Shown here piece after piece: positions 40,310-49,698 of a stretch of 64,000 nt of DNA. Both the position numbers and the translations under genes were made by a program. The number at the start of each line of letters is the position of its first letter. Positions within the stretch are counted from its first letter, which is position 1. Source of the DNA: a virus (Duplodnaviria > Caudoviricetes); the IMG/VR virus record IMGVR_UViG_3300028833_000058, one strand, 5' to 3'. The notes under the pieces were generated by a model. The model did no database searches and was not told the origin of the DNA. It saw only the letters and a program-made list of their open reading frames with translations.

Positions 40310-41473
40310 TTATTTTGGAGATACTGAAGCGTCTTGAATCGTTTGTGATGTTGGTTGAGCTACTTGTATCGCTTTGTTATTACCACCCCATACACCGTAT
40401 GCTTGAGGTTGTGATGGATTAGTAACAGGAGCACCGTTGAAATAAAAATCTTTTCCTGTGTTATACACATCCTTTCCAAGTTTTTTAGCTCCTTCTTCAA
40501 TATAATTTATCATCTTTCCACCAGCTTCTAACACCTTATCAACGTTGAATTCACCTTTACCTTGGTCATCTTGTTGATTCATCCAAAGCATTTTTGTATA
40601 AGTACCTGATGTCAATGTCTCAATTGTTGTTATGTCAATAGTAACTTCAGCTAAAACTGGTGTTAAACTTCCATCACTTCTCATCATTAGATTTTTTGTA
40701 TTTGGATAATTAACGGATATACCTTTTATGATACAGTTGTCTATAAAGAGCATGCCACCTATTTGTACCATAATTCTTGCTCTATTTGGTGCAAAATTAA
40801 AAGTTTTCTTGTTGTATGTGAGGTCTATATTTAACGGAGATGGAGCTGGAGTATAGAAACCAAGTGCACTCTCAGGGTCTAATGTCGGAAGACTTAAACA
40901 ACCAAGGAATTCTAATGCTTCTTTCAGATTAGTTCTTACTTTTGGTTCAGAGCAATGATAAGAATCATCGTCAATCACAGGTATTCTTAACTGTATTCCA
41001 AGTGGCTTTGCTCCACTCCAGATTAAGAAGTTAGCAGCTCTGTTTATACCAGAACGAAAATTTGAACCTATTTTTGCCCAATTTCCACCAGCCTTCATAG
41101 CTGCAGCAGAACCTAATTGAAGTGCAAGGTTACCAACGCCTTTGAAGATATCACTTAAAGGACTTCCCCATTCAGAACCAATTCTATATTGGAAAGTATC
41201 TGGTAAGTTACCAGAGATGATATATGTGCTATCAGCACCAAGCTTTTGACCGTTTGTTGTGATACCATCAAAATCTTGAACATATATTCTTGTCTGGTGA
41301 TATTGTTTTAGATAACCATATTTACCAGAATCTACATTTATGTTTGAGAAATCAAAAGATTTATGGTTAGTTGGATTAGAAGACGTAGATGCATTGAATA
41401 ATGAGTTTGTGAAAACTAATGCTCCATTTGATGTAATTTGTTGTGTTCCATTGTAAGGTTGTGTATTTGGCAT
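40310..41473 (-). CDS. Baseplate/tail-tube junction protein (gp48-like)
   Basis: Position after the tape measure gene; LFIDNCIIKGISVNY...PVLAEVTIDITTIE tube-fold signature. Confidence 0.55.
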   Translation of the reverse strand: MPNTQPYNGTQQITSNGALVFTNSLFNASTSSNPTNHKSFDFSNINVDSGKYGYLKQYHQTRIYVQDFDGITTNGQKLGADSTYIISGNLPDTFQYRIGSEWGSPLSDIFKGVGNLALQLGSAAAMKAGGNWAKIGSNFRSGINRAANFLIWSGAKPLGIQLRIPVIDDDSYHCSEPKVRTNLKEALEFLGCLSLPTLDPESALGFYTPAPSPLNIDLTYNKKTFNFAPNRARIMVQIGGMLFIDNCIIKGISVNYPNTKNLMMRSDGSLTPVLAEVTIDITTIETLTSGTYTKMLWMNQQDDQGKGEFNVDKVLEAGGKMINYIEEGAKKLGKDVYNTGKDFYFNGAPVTNPSQPQAYGVWGGNNKAIQVAQPTSQTIQDASVSPK

Positions 41474-41484
41474 CTTTTATATCC

Positions 41485-43935
41485 CTAATCTGGTTGTTTG
41501 ACCAATGAGTTCATCACTTGACTTTCAAAACTCCAAAGACTTGATGAATCTGATGACCATGTATCTGCTACTTCTGACTGTCTTTCTTTGTCTTGTTTTT
41601 TCAGTATGTCACTTGTATCTTTAGTAGATTCAGCTATTTGTTTGAAAAGATTAGTATATTCAGTTTGTTGTTGTATCTCTTCTCTTTTACCTTCTTCGAT
41701 TTGTTTTTCATTTTGTTTATTAACCATTGTTTCTGTTTCTTGTGTGACTGTTTTTTGTTTTCTATAATCATGTGGTCCTTGTACACCGTTTACTTGTCCA
41801 AAAAAACCTTCACCTTTTTGTTTAGCTTGTTCTATTTCTTGTGGAGTTAAATTTGTATTTTGATACATTTCTTGAGCTTTCGTTCTATCTTCATTTTCAA
41901 CGTTGTCTGATTTAATTCCAAAAAGTTCAAGAATTGGTTTAATGAAAGGTATGTCCTTTATATAATCGACAACCTTGTTAATAGTATCTTTAATTGTATT
42001 CCATATAGACAAAGCTTTTTGTTTAATCCAATCTACACCTTCTTTACCAACCTCTTCTACCCAATCCACAACTCTTTGTGGACCACCGTTTTTTACCCAA
42101 TTGAAAATGTCTTCACCAAATTTTTCACCAAGAGCAAATAATCCATTAGCTATACCTTTTACAGCCTTCCAAGCCGTTTCTCCAACTATTTGTATTAAAC
42201 TTTTAGAATTTGCGTTTTCATTACCTTCTTCGTCTTTACCATTTATCCATTCAAAGACACTTTCACCTAATTTTACTCCAGCATCGAATAGTTTTTCACC
42301 TAAAGTTTTTATACAGTCATACGCCTTTTTACCTAATTCTTTAGGGTCTATAGTAGGTAAACTTATTCCAGCTAAACCTTCAACAGCTTTATCTACTAAA
42401 GATTTCTTTTCGTTCTTTATTTCACCACTTTGAATTTGTGTCTGTATATCACCAAGCGCATAAGTTTCTATTTCTTTTGCTGTATACTCTTTACCTGTAG
42501 CTGGATTTATTTTTCCTATATATGGTTTGCGGAAATCATCAAAAGTTTTATCTGTGCCAGAAACTACCCAATTCATTTTACTGAAACTAAATTCTGTATC
42601 TATTCCAGCGTTTCTTGGAATATTTCTATTTTTTATACGGTCCCACACAAATCCACCAGCTGCACCTAAGAGTGCACCTATTAATAATCCTTTTATCCCA
42701 AACTTTGAACCAATTAAACCACCTGCTATAGCACCTTCTATGGTTTCAGATGGTACATTTTCAAGTGGAGTTCCTTTTGTAGATTCTTCTACAGTTAAGT
42801 CAACTTCTTTTAGAAATGTACCAAAACCATAATTTTTAATTGTACTAACGGCATTTCTAAGAGATTCAGTGCCTAATGCCAATCCAAGAAGTGCACCTTT
42901 TGGACCAGCTAGAGCAAAACCACCTACTACACCCTTAAATTGTTCAGGTGATAATGTAATTCCTAACGGTTCTAATAATTCATTTAGTTTTTCGGCTCCA
43001 ATGTCTATAAGTGTTGGTCCTTGAACTTTAGTTTTTATTACACCTATAGATTCCCCTAAAAGATGAACGGCTAATCCAGCAACAGCACCCTTCCAACCAG
43101 CAATTGCAAGTCCAGCAGCCATACTAGGAAGATATGCTTGCATTGTATTCACTAAAACATCAGCGTTTTCACCACCGATTTTACCTGCTAACACTTCTTT
43201 TAGCCATGGACCAATTTTTTCACCTAATTTAATAGCTAAATATGCTCCTATTGCACCTTTCAAAGCGTCTATTAGTAAACCACCAATTGTTCCAGCTATT
43301 CCTGAAATAAACCCAAGAGCTTTAGAGAAGAAACTTTGTCTTTCTGTATCTTTAGGTTTTGAGCTTTTAGTCTTATTTTTTATCGCACCAAGAATATCAT
43401 CTAGTTTTTTATTTAGTTTTTTACCTTCGTTATCTTCTATAGCTGAGGAACTCTTTCCAGATATTCTACGACTTGGTGCAAGAGCTTTTACTATCCCACC
43501 AACAGCGTTTGTCATAACTTTAAGAGGTGGAAGTAAAACCTGTTTAACAACTACAGGATTCAACATTCCACCTGTCACGGCTGATAAAGCAATAGCAGTA
43601 GTATTATCTCTTGTGTTTTGGTCTACACCAATAGAAGAACCTACACCATGTGTTCTACTATATTTTTGAGAATACTCGGAGTAATGTTTTTGGTCATTAG
43701 CTAAACCGAGTTGTGCTCTTTGAAGTTGTAATCTAGACAACTCTAACTGATTTGCTTTTATTTTCTTTTCATCAGCAGTTAATTCTTTTTCAGATTTCTT
43801 GTTGATAGTCTGTATTAATTTAGCAATGTTATTGTTTAAATCTTCCAAAGCCTTTTCTTTTCCAAGTTGAGTTTGTTCATCTTGAATTTGTTGAAAAGTC
43901 TTTGGTTCTTTAATCGTTGTTGTTATAGTTGCCAT
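41485..43935 (-). CDS. Tape measure protein
   Basis: 816 aa, helical, with Gly/Ala-rich hydrophobic repeats and periodic Trp; downstream of the chaperone genes. Confidence 0.7.
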   Translation of the reverse strand: MATITTTIKEPKTFQQIQDEQTQLGKEKALEDLNNNIAKLIQTINKKSEKELTADEKKIKANQLELSRLQLQRAQLGLANDQKHYSEYSQKYSRTHGVGSSIGVDQNTRDNTTAIALSAVTGGMLNPVVVKQVLLPPLKVMTNAVGGIVKALAPSRRISGKSSSAIEDNEGKKLNKKLDDILGAIKNKTKSSKPKDTERQSFFSKALGFISGIAGTIGGLLIDALKGAIGAYLAIKLGEKIGPWLKEVLAGKIGGENADVLVNTMQAYLPSMAAGLAIAGWKGAVAGLAVHLLGESIGVIKTKVQGPTLIDIGAEKLNELLEPLGITLSPEQFKGVVGGFALAGPKGALLGLALGTESLRNAVSTIKNYGFGTFLKEVDLTVEESTKGTPLENVPSETIEGAIAGGLIGSKFGIKGLLIGALLGAAGGFVWDRIKNRNIPRNAGIDTEFSFSKMNWVVSGTDKTFDDFRKPYIGKINPATGKEYTAKEIETYALGDIQTQIQSGEIKNEKKSLVDKAVEGLAGISLPTIDPKELGKKAYDCIKTLGEKLFDAGVKLGESVFEWINGKDEEGNENANSKSLIQIVGETAWKAVKGIANGLFALGEKFGEDIFNWVKNGGPQRVVDWVEEVGKEGVDWIKQKALSIWNTIKDTINKVVDYIKDIPFIKPILELFGIKSDNVENEDRTKAQEMYQNTNLTPQEIEQAKQKGEGFFGQVNGVQGPHDYRKQKTVTQETETMVNKQNEKQIEEGKREEIQQQTEYTNLFKQIAESTKDTSDILKKQDKERQSEVADTWSSDSSSLWSFESQVMNSLVKQPD

Positions 43936-43947
43936 TTCTTCTTCTTT

Positions 43948-44151
43948 TTAATAAAACATATTTTCGATTGAAGTCCTTCCCTCTTTCTCTTGCTGTTGGT
44001 CTATCATATACTGTTGTTGTCTATCATATAACCAAATCATGTAGTCCAGTGGCATGTTGTCTAAATCTTCAAAACTCATGTGGAGATTTCTAATCAACCA
44101 CCACTGGCACTCTAATATGTCATTTATATCAAATTGCGGAAAAAAACTCTT
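43948..44151 (-). CDS. Unannotated gp51/gpT-like ORF, probably reached by frameshift from the upstream gene
   Basis: Open frame KSFFPQFDINDILECQWWLIRNLHMSFEDLDNMPLDYMIWLYDRQQQYMIDQQQEKEGRTSIENMFY*. No start codon near its 5' end; the frame opens just before the T7 run. Confidence 0.7.
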   Translation of the reverse strand, partial: KSFFPQFDINDILECQWWLIRNLHMSFEDLDNMPLDYMIWLYDRQQQYMIDQQQEKEGRTSIENMFY

Positions 44152-44896
44152 CTAGAGCTAACGTATAGCTTCTAGTTTCCTCCTTTCCACATTTTGGACA
44201 TTTGACAGTAACTTCTTCTCTTACTCCCCAAATCGTATGTGTGAACCAGTCTTCAATTGTAGTAATATCCTCAGCTGTGATATCACCGTTAGAAGCAGCT
44301 TCGTATAATTCATCTACAGATTTATTTTTAGAAATTAAACACAAGTCTAATAACAACAGTCTCATTTGTAAGTCATCTGGGTCGATTTTATACTTCTTTG
44401 TAATTCTATCGATAGTTAAGTCATCACCCATAGTCTTTTGACGAATGTCTACTTCACCAAAGTTTTCTAAAACGACCTTAGTTTTTAAATTTTCGATATC
44501 TTCAGGTGTATAAATCTTCAACTGGTCTATCTTCAATTCATGTCTAATTTCTTCGTTGCATCTTTTGTTAGTACCTGGATTTCCTTCATCCTCAACAATG
44601 TTTGTGCAACTAAATCTAAGTTTTACAGGATATTTAGCGTATGTGATAAAACGAATTTTATACAAAATATATTGTACATCAAACCAATACAACTCTTCAA
44701 AAGTCATTGCTGGATTGTCAATCATCACCAACTTCTTAATGAAATCGATGAAATCTTTATTTGTTTTCTGTTCTTTAGTAGACAAAGACAAAATGTATTT
44801 TTGTTCAAGTGGTGTAATTTTTCTTACACTAAGATTGAACTCTTTGTCATAGAGTGATTTTCCTGGTATATCGACAGCGTAATATTCCTGCGCCAT
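44129..44896 (-). CDS. Baseplate hub assembly/tail assembly chaperone (T4 gp26-like)
   Basis: VRKITPLEQKYIL, FDVQYILYKIR, C...C and CPKCG motifs, terminal EEFF; AAGGAG RBS. Confidence 0.75.
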   Translation of the reverse strand: MAQEYYAVDIPGKSLYDKEFNLSVRKITPLEQKYILSLSTKEQKTNKDFIDFIKKLVMIDNPAMTFEELYWFDVQYILYKIRFITYAKYPVKLRFSCTNIVEDEGNPGTNKRCNEEIRHELKIDQLKIYTPEDIENLKTKVVLENFGEVDIRQKTMGDDLTIDRITKKYKIDPDDLQMRLLLLDLCLISKNKSVDELYEAASNGDITAEDITTIEDWFTHTIWGVREEVTVKCPKCGKEETRSYTLALEEFFSAI

Positions 44897-44915
44897 TTTA
44901 GTTCTCCTTTTTAAA

Positions 44916-45653
44916 TTACGTATAAACTTTATCTATAGAATAATCATCAGTGTTACTTACTAACAAGTTGCTTATAGCTTTGTCTACTAAACTTGACGGT
45001 GAAGTAACAGTATTCTGTATAATAGAACTATATGCTCTATTAGCATCAAAACAAATTTTATCAACTTTAAAACTTTGTGTTATCACAAGTCTATTTGGTG
45101 TCATAGAATATTTAAATTTGAAGTTTTCTTGTGTATTTGGATAACAACCCATTAACGTAAAATGGTAAGTCGCTAGATTTTCTGACTGAAGATTACCTGG
45201 CCCATATACATAAACTTCAATATTCTTTTTATAAACTGTGCCAGGGTAATAAAATTCACCATTAAAATTAAATATCATAGAACGCCATGCTTCTAGGTAA
45301 TACTGAGATAACATGTTAGCTTCACAGAACATGGTGATTACCACATCGCTATACGGTTCAATATCTGATACTAAATTATAAAATCCAGTTCTTACACGTC
45401 TTGTTTCTGATTTAAAAGTTAATGGTCTAAAGTTTATTTCTTCTACAATTGGTTGATAACTGGTTAAACCAACTACACTTGAAAATTTATCCCAAAGTGA
45501 ACCTAAAGATAAAACACTACAACCACAATTACAAGATTCTCTGTTTTTATCATAATCAACTAAATCAAGTTTGGGCATAATTACCTCAAACCTATCGTCT
45601 GTAGCACAATCTGCTATATAATCTACTTGTAATGCTGATTGAAATCTAAACAT
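44916..45653 (-). CDS. Tail tube-like protein (gp54/gp19 fold), paralogue 3
   Basis: DVVITMF...YYLEAWRSMIF...YKKNIEVYV...FTLMGCYP. Confidence 0.65.
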   Translation of the reverse strand: MFRFQSALQVDYIADCATDDRFEVIMPKLDLVDYDKNRESCNCGCSVLSLGSLWDKFSSVVGLTSYQPIVEEINFRPLTFKSETRRVRTGFYNLVSDIEPYSDVVITMFCEANMLSQYYLEAWRSMIFNFNGEFYYPGTVYKKNIEVYVYGPGNLQSENLATYHFTLMGCYPNTQENFKFKYSMTPNRLVITQSFKVDKICFDANRAYSSIIQNTVTSPSSLVDKAISNLLVSNTDDYSIDKVYT

Positions 45654-45664
45654 GTTTTATTCCA

Positions 45665-46342
45665 TTAAAATAAATTCTTTATGTTTTTAAATGTGTCTAA
45701 TGGTTGGTTACTATCAATACCATGGTCAAATAAGTTAGCTACACCGTTTACCAAGCTGTAAGAATTTGCGCCAAACCAATCGTAATTGAAAGTGATTTTA
45801 ACACTAATTGGAGAAGAATCACTCGGACTTAAATTACCAACCTCATAAGATATTGGATATACACCTCTTAACCACAGTGTACGCATACCGAGTTCTTTTC
45901 CGCTAAATGGATATTTCACGTGGCCACCTAATTGAATTCTTGCTACCGTTTTATATAAAACAGATGGTAAACGTGTTCCTGCTACTGGCGAATTTATGAT
46001 ATCACACCAAGCTTCAATCGTATTTAATATAGACCCCTCATAATCTTCTGTCACTTCAACTGTCCAAGTACCAGACCTATCTTGAACTTGTCCCAATCTT
46101 CTAACGTGACCAGCTATAACAAGTTCTGTTTGTGAAATCTTTGCACCAGGATAACCATAAGAAGTACAACGTAATCTAAGTTCCTTTGGACCTGTTGTGG
46201 CCATATTTCCAGACACTACACCGACTATCTTTTGTTCCAATTTAGATAACAACAATCCAGGCGTATCAGATATAATGAATTCTACCTGAGATTGTTTAAT
46301 CGGGTCTTTTAAAGCTCTTATTTCGTTTAATTTTCTTAACAT
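45665..46342 (-). CDS. Tail tube-like protein (gp19/gp54 fold), paralogue 2
   Basis: LRLRC...YPG...GTWTVEVTED...EAWCD...LRGVYP...ITFNYD; homologous to 46489-47040. Confidence 0.75.
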   Translation of the reverse strand: MLRKLNEIRALKDPIKQSQVEFIISDTPGLLLSKLEQKIVGVVSGNMATTGPKELRLRCTSYGYPGAKISQTELVIAGHVRRLGQVQDRSGTWTVEVTEDYEGSILNTIEAWCDIINSPVAGTRLPSVLYKTVARIQLGGHVKYPFSGKELGMRTLWLRGVYPISYEVGNLSPSDSSPISVKITFNYDWFGANSYSLVNGVANLFDHGIDSNQPLDTFKNIKNLF

Positions 46343-46382
46343 TTCTTTTGGGGGATTTATTTTCTATTTGTAATATATTTAA

Positions 46383-46389
46383 TAGAACT
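46383..46389 (-). promoter_or_regulatory. AGTTCTA motif, candidate late promoter
   Basis: 41 nt before the start at 46342, downstream of the tube gene terminator. Confidence 0.55.
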
Positions 46390-46432
46390 AATGGAAGTAA
46401 ACAAAGTTCACAAAAATATTCTTTATTTACAT

Positions 46433-46464
46433 AAAGAAAAAGGGATAGTCGTGACCATCCCTTT
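46433..46464 (-). terminator. Rho-independent terminator after the tail tube gene
   Basis: On the - strand, AAAGGGATGGTC-AC-GACTATCCCTTT hairpin followed by a T run. Confidence 0.75.
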
Positions 46465-46488
46465 AGACAATTTAATGTTACATTTAAG

Positions 46489-47040
46489 TTAGTCGATTTC
46501 ATTTCCCATTAAGAAATAGTTGTAATTGAAAGTAGCTGTTATCTCAATTGGATTTGAACTACTTGCTTGAATACTTGGGAAACTAATGTTTGTCGGGAAT
46601 ACGTCATAAAGTCTCAAATCGTATCTTGTCATGCCTTCTGGCTTTGGTTCGTACAATTCTGGATTAAGTAAAGCAACGTTTACAGTAGCGCAATAAGCAT
46701 CAAGTAAAGAAATTGTACCATTTTTATAGTTGTGATACATGTTTAACCAAACTTTCATTGCTTCTGTAATAGCAGAATCCCAAACTTCTGTAAAGGTAAC
46801 AGTCCATTCACCTTGACGTGTTTGTTTACCAGCGTATACACGATGGAATCCACCCCAATCAACTTCTGTCTTATCACCAGTCAGTGTAGGGAACCCAAAA
46901 GTTTGACAACGAAGCTCTAAATCTTCTGTTTTTACTAAAGATGTCAAAGGAGAACCAGATGGAAAAGAAATGACCCAGTTAACGTCAAACATTTTCAATG
47001 GATCCTTTAGATTCTGAACTTTACTTAAAGAATGTAACAT
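46489..47040 (-). CDS. Tail tube protein (T4 gp19-like)
   Basis: LRCQTFGFP...YAGK...WTVTFTE...LYDVFPTNI...ITATFNYNY; own promoter motif and terminator. Confidence 0.85.
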   Translation of the reverse strand: MLHSLSKVQNLKDPLKMFDVNWVISFPSGSPLTSLVKTEDLELRCQTFGFPTLTGDKTEVDWGGFHRVYAGKQTRQGEWTVTFTEVWDSAITEAMKVWLNMYHNYKNGTISLLDAYCATVNVALLNPELYEPKPEGMTRYDLRLYDVFPTNISFPSIQASSSNPIEITATFNYNYFLMGNEID

Positions 47041-47086
47041 TTAATTTTTCCTTATATTTTGGTTTAAAGTTGTATCATTTATAAAA

Positions 47087-47093
47087 TAGAACT
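47087..47093 (-). promoter_or_regulatory. AGTTCTA motif, candidate late promoter
   Basis: 47 nt before the tail tube start. Confidence 0.6.
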
Positions 47094-47126
47094 TATTTTA
47101 AATTAAATATTGTAAGAATTTTTAAT

Positions 47127-48647
47127 TTAATTTTCTTCTTTTTTCCAAATAAATCTCATAGAGCCTGCGCCATAACACTCGAAAAGCTTTTTCTGGCTGA
47201 CTAATTTTTTAAATTCATGATACTTAGATGGACTTCTACTAAATCTTTTTGTACTATGTACTGTTACATAGAACTTATCTGGTCCAGTAAATCCATCTAA
47301 CTTAAAATTACATTGTTCATATCCTTGACCATTGAACAAATTCCAATCTGCATAGCAAAGTACAGATTGTGGGTCGTATTTCTTAACAAAATACGAAAAA
47401 AGTTTACTTGTACCCCCAACTACAGAGTTATTACTAGCTGGACACCCTCTAATCCATTCCCATTCAAACTGTTGTTTTTTAGATTTACCTATGTTTCTAG
47501 ATTTGCTGAATGAAGCTATTTGTACAAGATTGTTTTCATAGAACAAACCTAATTTCACAGATGCTTTATGATAACCTTGGATGTGATTTTTCTCACAAAA
47601 CGACTTATATTGGTCATTATCTATCTCTTTAACAACACATTTTCTTGCGTATATAGAATTTTTAGATAATATCCCTAATCTTGCCTTTAAAACATCTTTA
47701 ATTATATCTTGTTGATTTTTCCATTGGTCTTCCCAAATTTGAATCAATTGAATACCCTTTTGTTTGGCAATCATAGATTTGTTGTAATGATAATTTTTTG
47801 TAATTACACCCTCTTTTTTACCATTTAGACTGTGATAATATGACCCGTTATACTCTATTCCTATTCTTTTTTCTGGAACATATACGTCTATCTCAAATCT
47901 TGGTGTATTTTTAGAATTACCAGCACCTTCTATGAGTTTTTCTGTTTTAAGACCTAAACTTTCAACAAATTCACGTATTTCAACTTCAGCTTTAGATACA
48001 AACTGTACACCATTCTCTATATTTTCTTCATATACCTTATTAAGGAAATCTTTATCTTGGAATGGACTTATTTTTCCGTATTTTTCAAGATTCTTTTCTT
48101 TTCGTAATTCTTCTTTATGCTTTATCCCACACTCATAACAGCAAAATTTATGACTTGGTACTGTAAAAGTCTTTCCTTTTCCGTTTATTCCACCACTAGA
48201 CCATATTTTTTCATTTTGCGAATTCCAGTTACCTTGACCTTGTTCGTAGTAATATTCTTTACCACATGTCTCACATTTTCTAACTCCTGATTCTGGTAAA
48301 TTATATTTGTGTATCATGTGGCACTTATAAGAACAGAATTTACTACTTTTAGAATGAGCAGTACCTTGTATCTCAAATTCTTTATTACAAACGATACATT
48401 TTGCAATTTTAGTCGTTTGTTGTTTCTTTTCTATTATCTTATTTATTTCTTCTTTAGACTTTCTTTTCCAACCTTCTTTTATCTTTTTGTCATTATAAGT
48501 TTTACCGCATTGATAACAACAAAATCTATTTACGCTATACCCACTACCACGACCCTTGGATTGTGTGCCATCTTTTCTCCACAAACCAAGTTCAGGATTA
48601 GCGAAATATTCCTCGCCACAATTTTCACATTTGTATTGATTGTTCAT
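47127..48647 (-). CDS. Hef-like/PD-(D/E)XK homing endonuclease with N-terminal zinc fingers
   Basis: Three CxxC...(F)CxxxC zinc ribbons; SKAE...FEIDVYVPEKRIGIEYNGSYYH...IQIWEDQW nuclease core; IYARKC...NHIQG C-terminal domain. Confidence 0.75.
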   Translation of the reverse strand: MNNQYKCENCGEEYFANPELGLWRKDGTQSKGRGSGYSVNRFCCYQCGKTYNDKKIKEGWKRKSKEEINKIIEKKQQTTKIAKCIVCNKEFEIQGTAHSKSSKFCSYKCHMIHKYNLPESGVRKCETCGKEYYYEQGQGNWNSQNEKIWSSGGINGKGKTFTVPSHKFCCYECGIKHKEELRKEKNLEKYGKISPFQDKDFLNKVYEENIENGVQFVSKAEVEIREFVESLGLKTEKLIEGAGNSKNTPRFEIDVYVPEKRIGIEYNGSYYHSLNGKKEGVITKNYHYNKSMIAKQKGIQLIQIWEDQWKNQQDIIKDVLKARLGILSKNSIYARKCVVKEIDNDQYKSFCEKNHIQGYHKASVKLGLFYENNLVQIASFSKSRNIGKSKKQQFEWEWIRGCPASNNSVVGGTSKLFSYFVKKYDPQSVLCYADWNLFNGQGYEQCNFKLDGFTGPDKFYVTVHSTKRFSRSPSKYHEFKKLVSQKKLFECYGAGSMRFIWKKEEN

Positions 48648-48693
48648 TTAGACCTCTTTTTTATATTAGAACATAAACATACAAAAGTAAAGT

Positions 48694-48725
48694 AAAAAGC
48701 AGGTTGACTAAAAAGTAACCTGCTT
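48694..48725 (-). terminator. Rho-independent terminator
   Basis: On the - strand, AAGCAGGTT-N11-AACCTGCTT hairpin followed by a T run. Confidence 0.75.
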
Positions 48726-48750
48726 ACAAATGAAATTCGTTTCTATGTGA

Positions 48751-48834
48751 TTAGAACATGTTTTTTGTTGTCCATACCCAAAGTACACCAACAATTATTA
48801 AATATACAAGTATAACGCCTATGAATATATACAT
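48751..48834 (-). CDS. Unannotated 27-aa single-pass membrane peptide
   Basis: MYIFIGVILVYLIIVGVLWVWTTKNMF*; starts 2 nt after the lysozyme stop and ends before the terminator. Confidence 0.5.
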   Translation of the reverse strand: MYIFIGVILVYLIIVGVLWVWTTKNMF

Positions 48835-48836
48835 TT

Positions 48837-49538
48837 CTAACTCTTCATTTTATCAGAAGTTAATTTGAGGTCAGCATATTCTCTTTCGTAACGAGTTTTA
48901 TATTTACTGTATTTTTCTGTTCGATAAGCGTATAAACTCTTTACGAAATCTTCAGGTGTGCTTGGCTTATATCTGTCTATAGTGTTTATAACTAATCTGT
49001 ATGCACCACCTATACCATGTTGGATTATAATCGAGTGTAAAGCTGCTTGAACTACCATGTCAGTAGAACCCCAAGTTGTTACCATGTCTAATTTTTTATT
49101 AGTATCAAACTTTTTATAAGCTGGTTTTATTTGAGTTTCTAAAATGAATTCATCATATATTTTTTGGAATCTTTGTTCTTTCGATACTTTTTTCCAAGTG
49201 TTTTTAAAAGTTTCAGTACCAAGATAAGCGTTGTCATATCCACCTGCCTTTTCTAATTCGTTGTAATAATGCAAATTGTGTTGTTTTAGATAAACTAGAA
49301 ATAAGTCAAAGGTAGATTTGTTGCCACCTACTCTTTTAGTTGAGATTTGCCATTTTCCATAAGAATGTCCAACGCAATCTTTACTGATAGCTGAATATCC
49401 TTTCCCACCGTGCTCATATTTTGCTACTACTTCATGTTCATTTGAGAGCATTGAATAGTTGGTTTCAGCTTGAGCTATATTAGGGAGAAAAGATAACAAT
49501 TGTACTGTTAAAGCCGTACAAGCTATTTTGTTTATCAA
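48837..49538 (-). CDS. Lysozyme-fold peptidoglycan hydrolase with predicted signal peptide
   Basis: KYEHGG...SYGKWQI...QHG...RYERE lysozyme-like (VgrG3-C type) motifs; TTG start with AAGGA RBS; N-terminus ends in AQA-E. Confidence 0.65.
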   Translation of the reverse strand: MINKIACTALTVQLLSFLPNIAQAETNYSMLSNEHEVVAKYEHGGKGYSAISKDCVGHSYGKWQISTKRVGGNKSTFDLFLVYLKQHNLHYYNELEKAGGYDNAYLGTETFKNTWKKVSKEQRFQKIYDEFILETQIKPAYKKFDTNKKLDMVTTWGSTDMVVQAALHSIIIQHGIGGAYRLVINTIDRYKPSTPEDFVKSLYAYRTEKYSKYKTRYEREYADLKLTSDKMKS

Positions 49539-49698
49539 ATTATGTTCCTTTAGTTGTTAATCCAATTTTAAATTTTAGATGTCCATACTAATTTCGTTTC
49601 AGGTTGATGAAAAAATGCAAGTTTATAGAACTTGTAAAAAATACACTTTTTGAATTTTATTATTCTGACCAAAATTTTATCCGTTTATTTTCAATCAA

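Noticed and set aside
48752-48758. Extra TGTTCTA motif suggesting a tiny RNA ending at the 48694-48725 terminator
   Set aside because: It coincides with the last codons (ATG TTC TAA) of the 27-aa membrane ORF, so chance or coding origin is simpler.
49560-49625. Structured RNA or ribozyme in the lysozyme leader (shares short words with 48730-48780)
   Set aside because: Only 8-10 nt matches in different order, with no convincing helices or catalytic core consensus.
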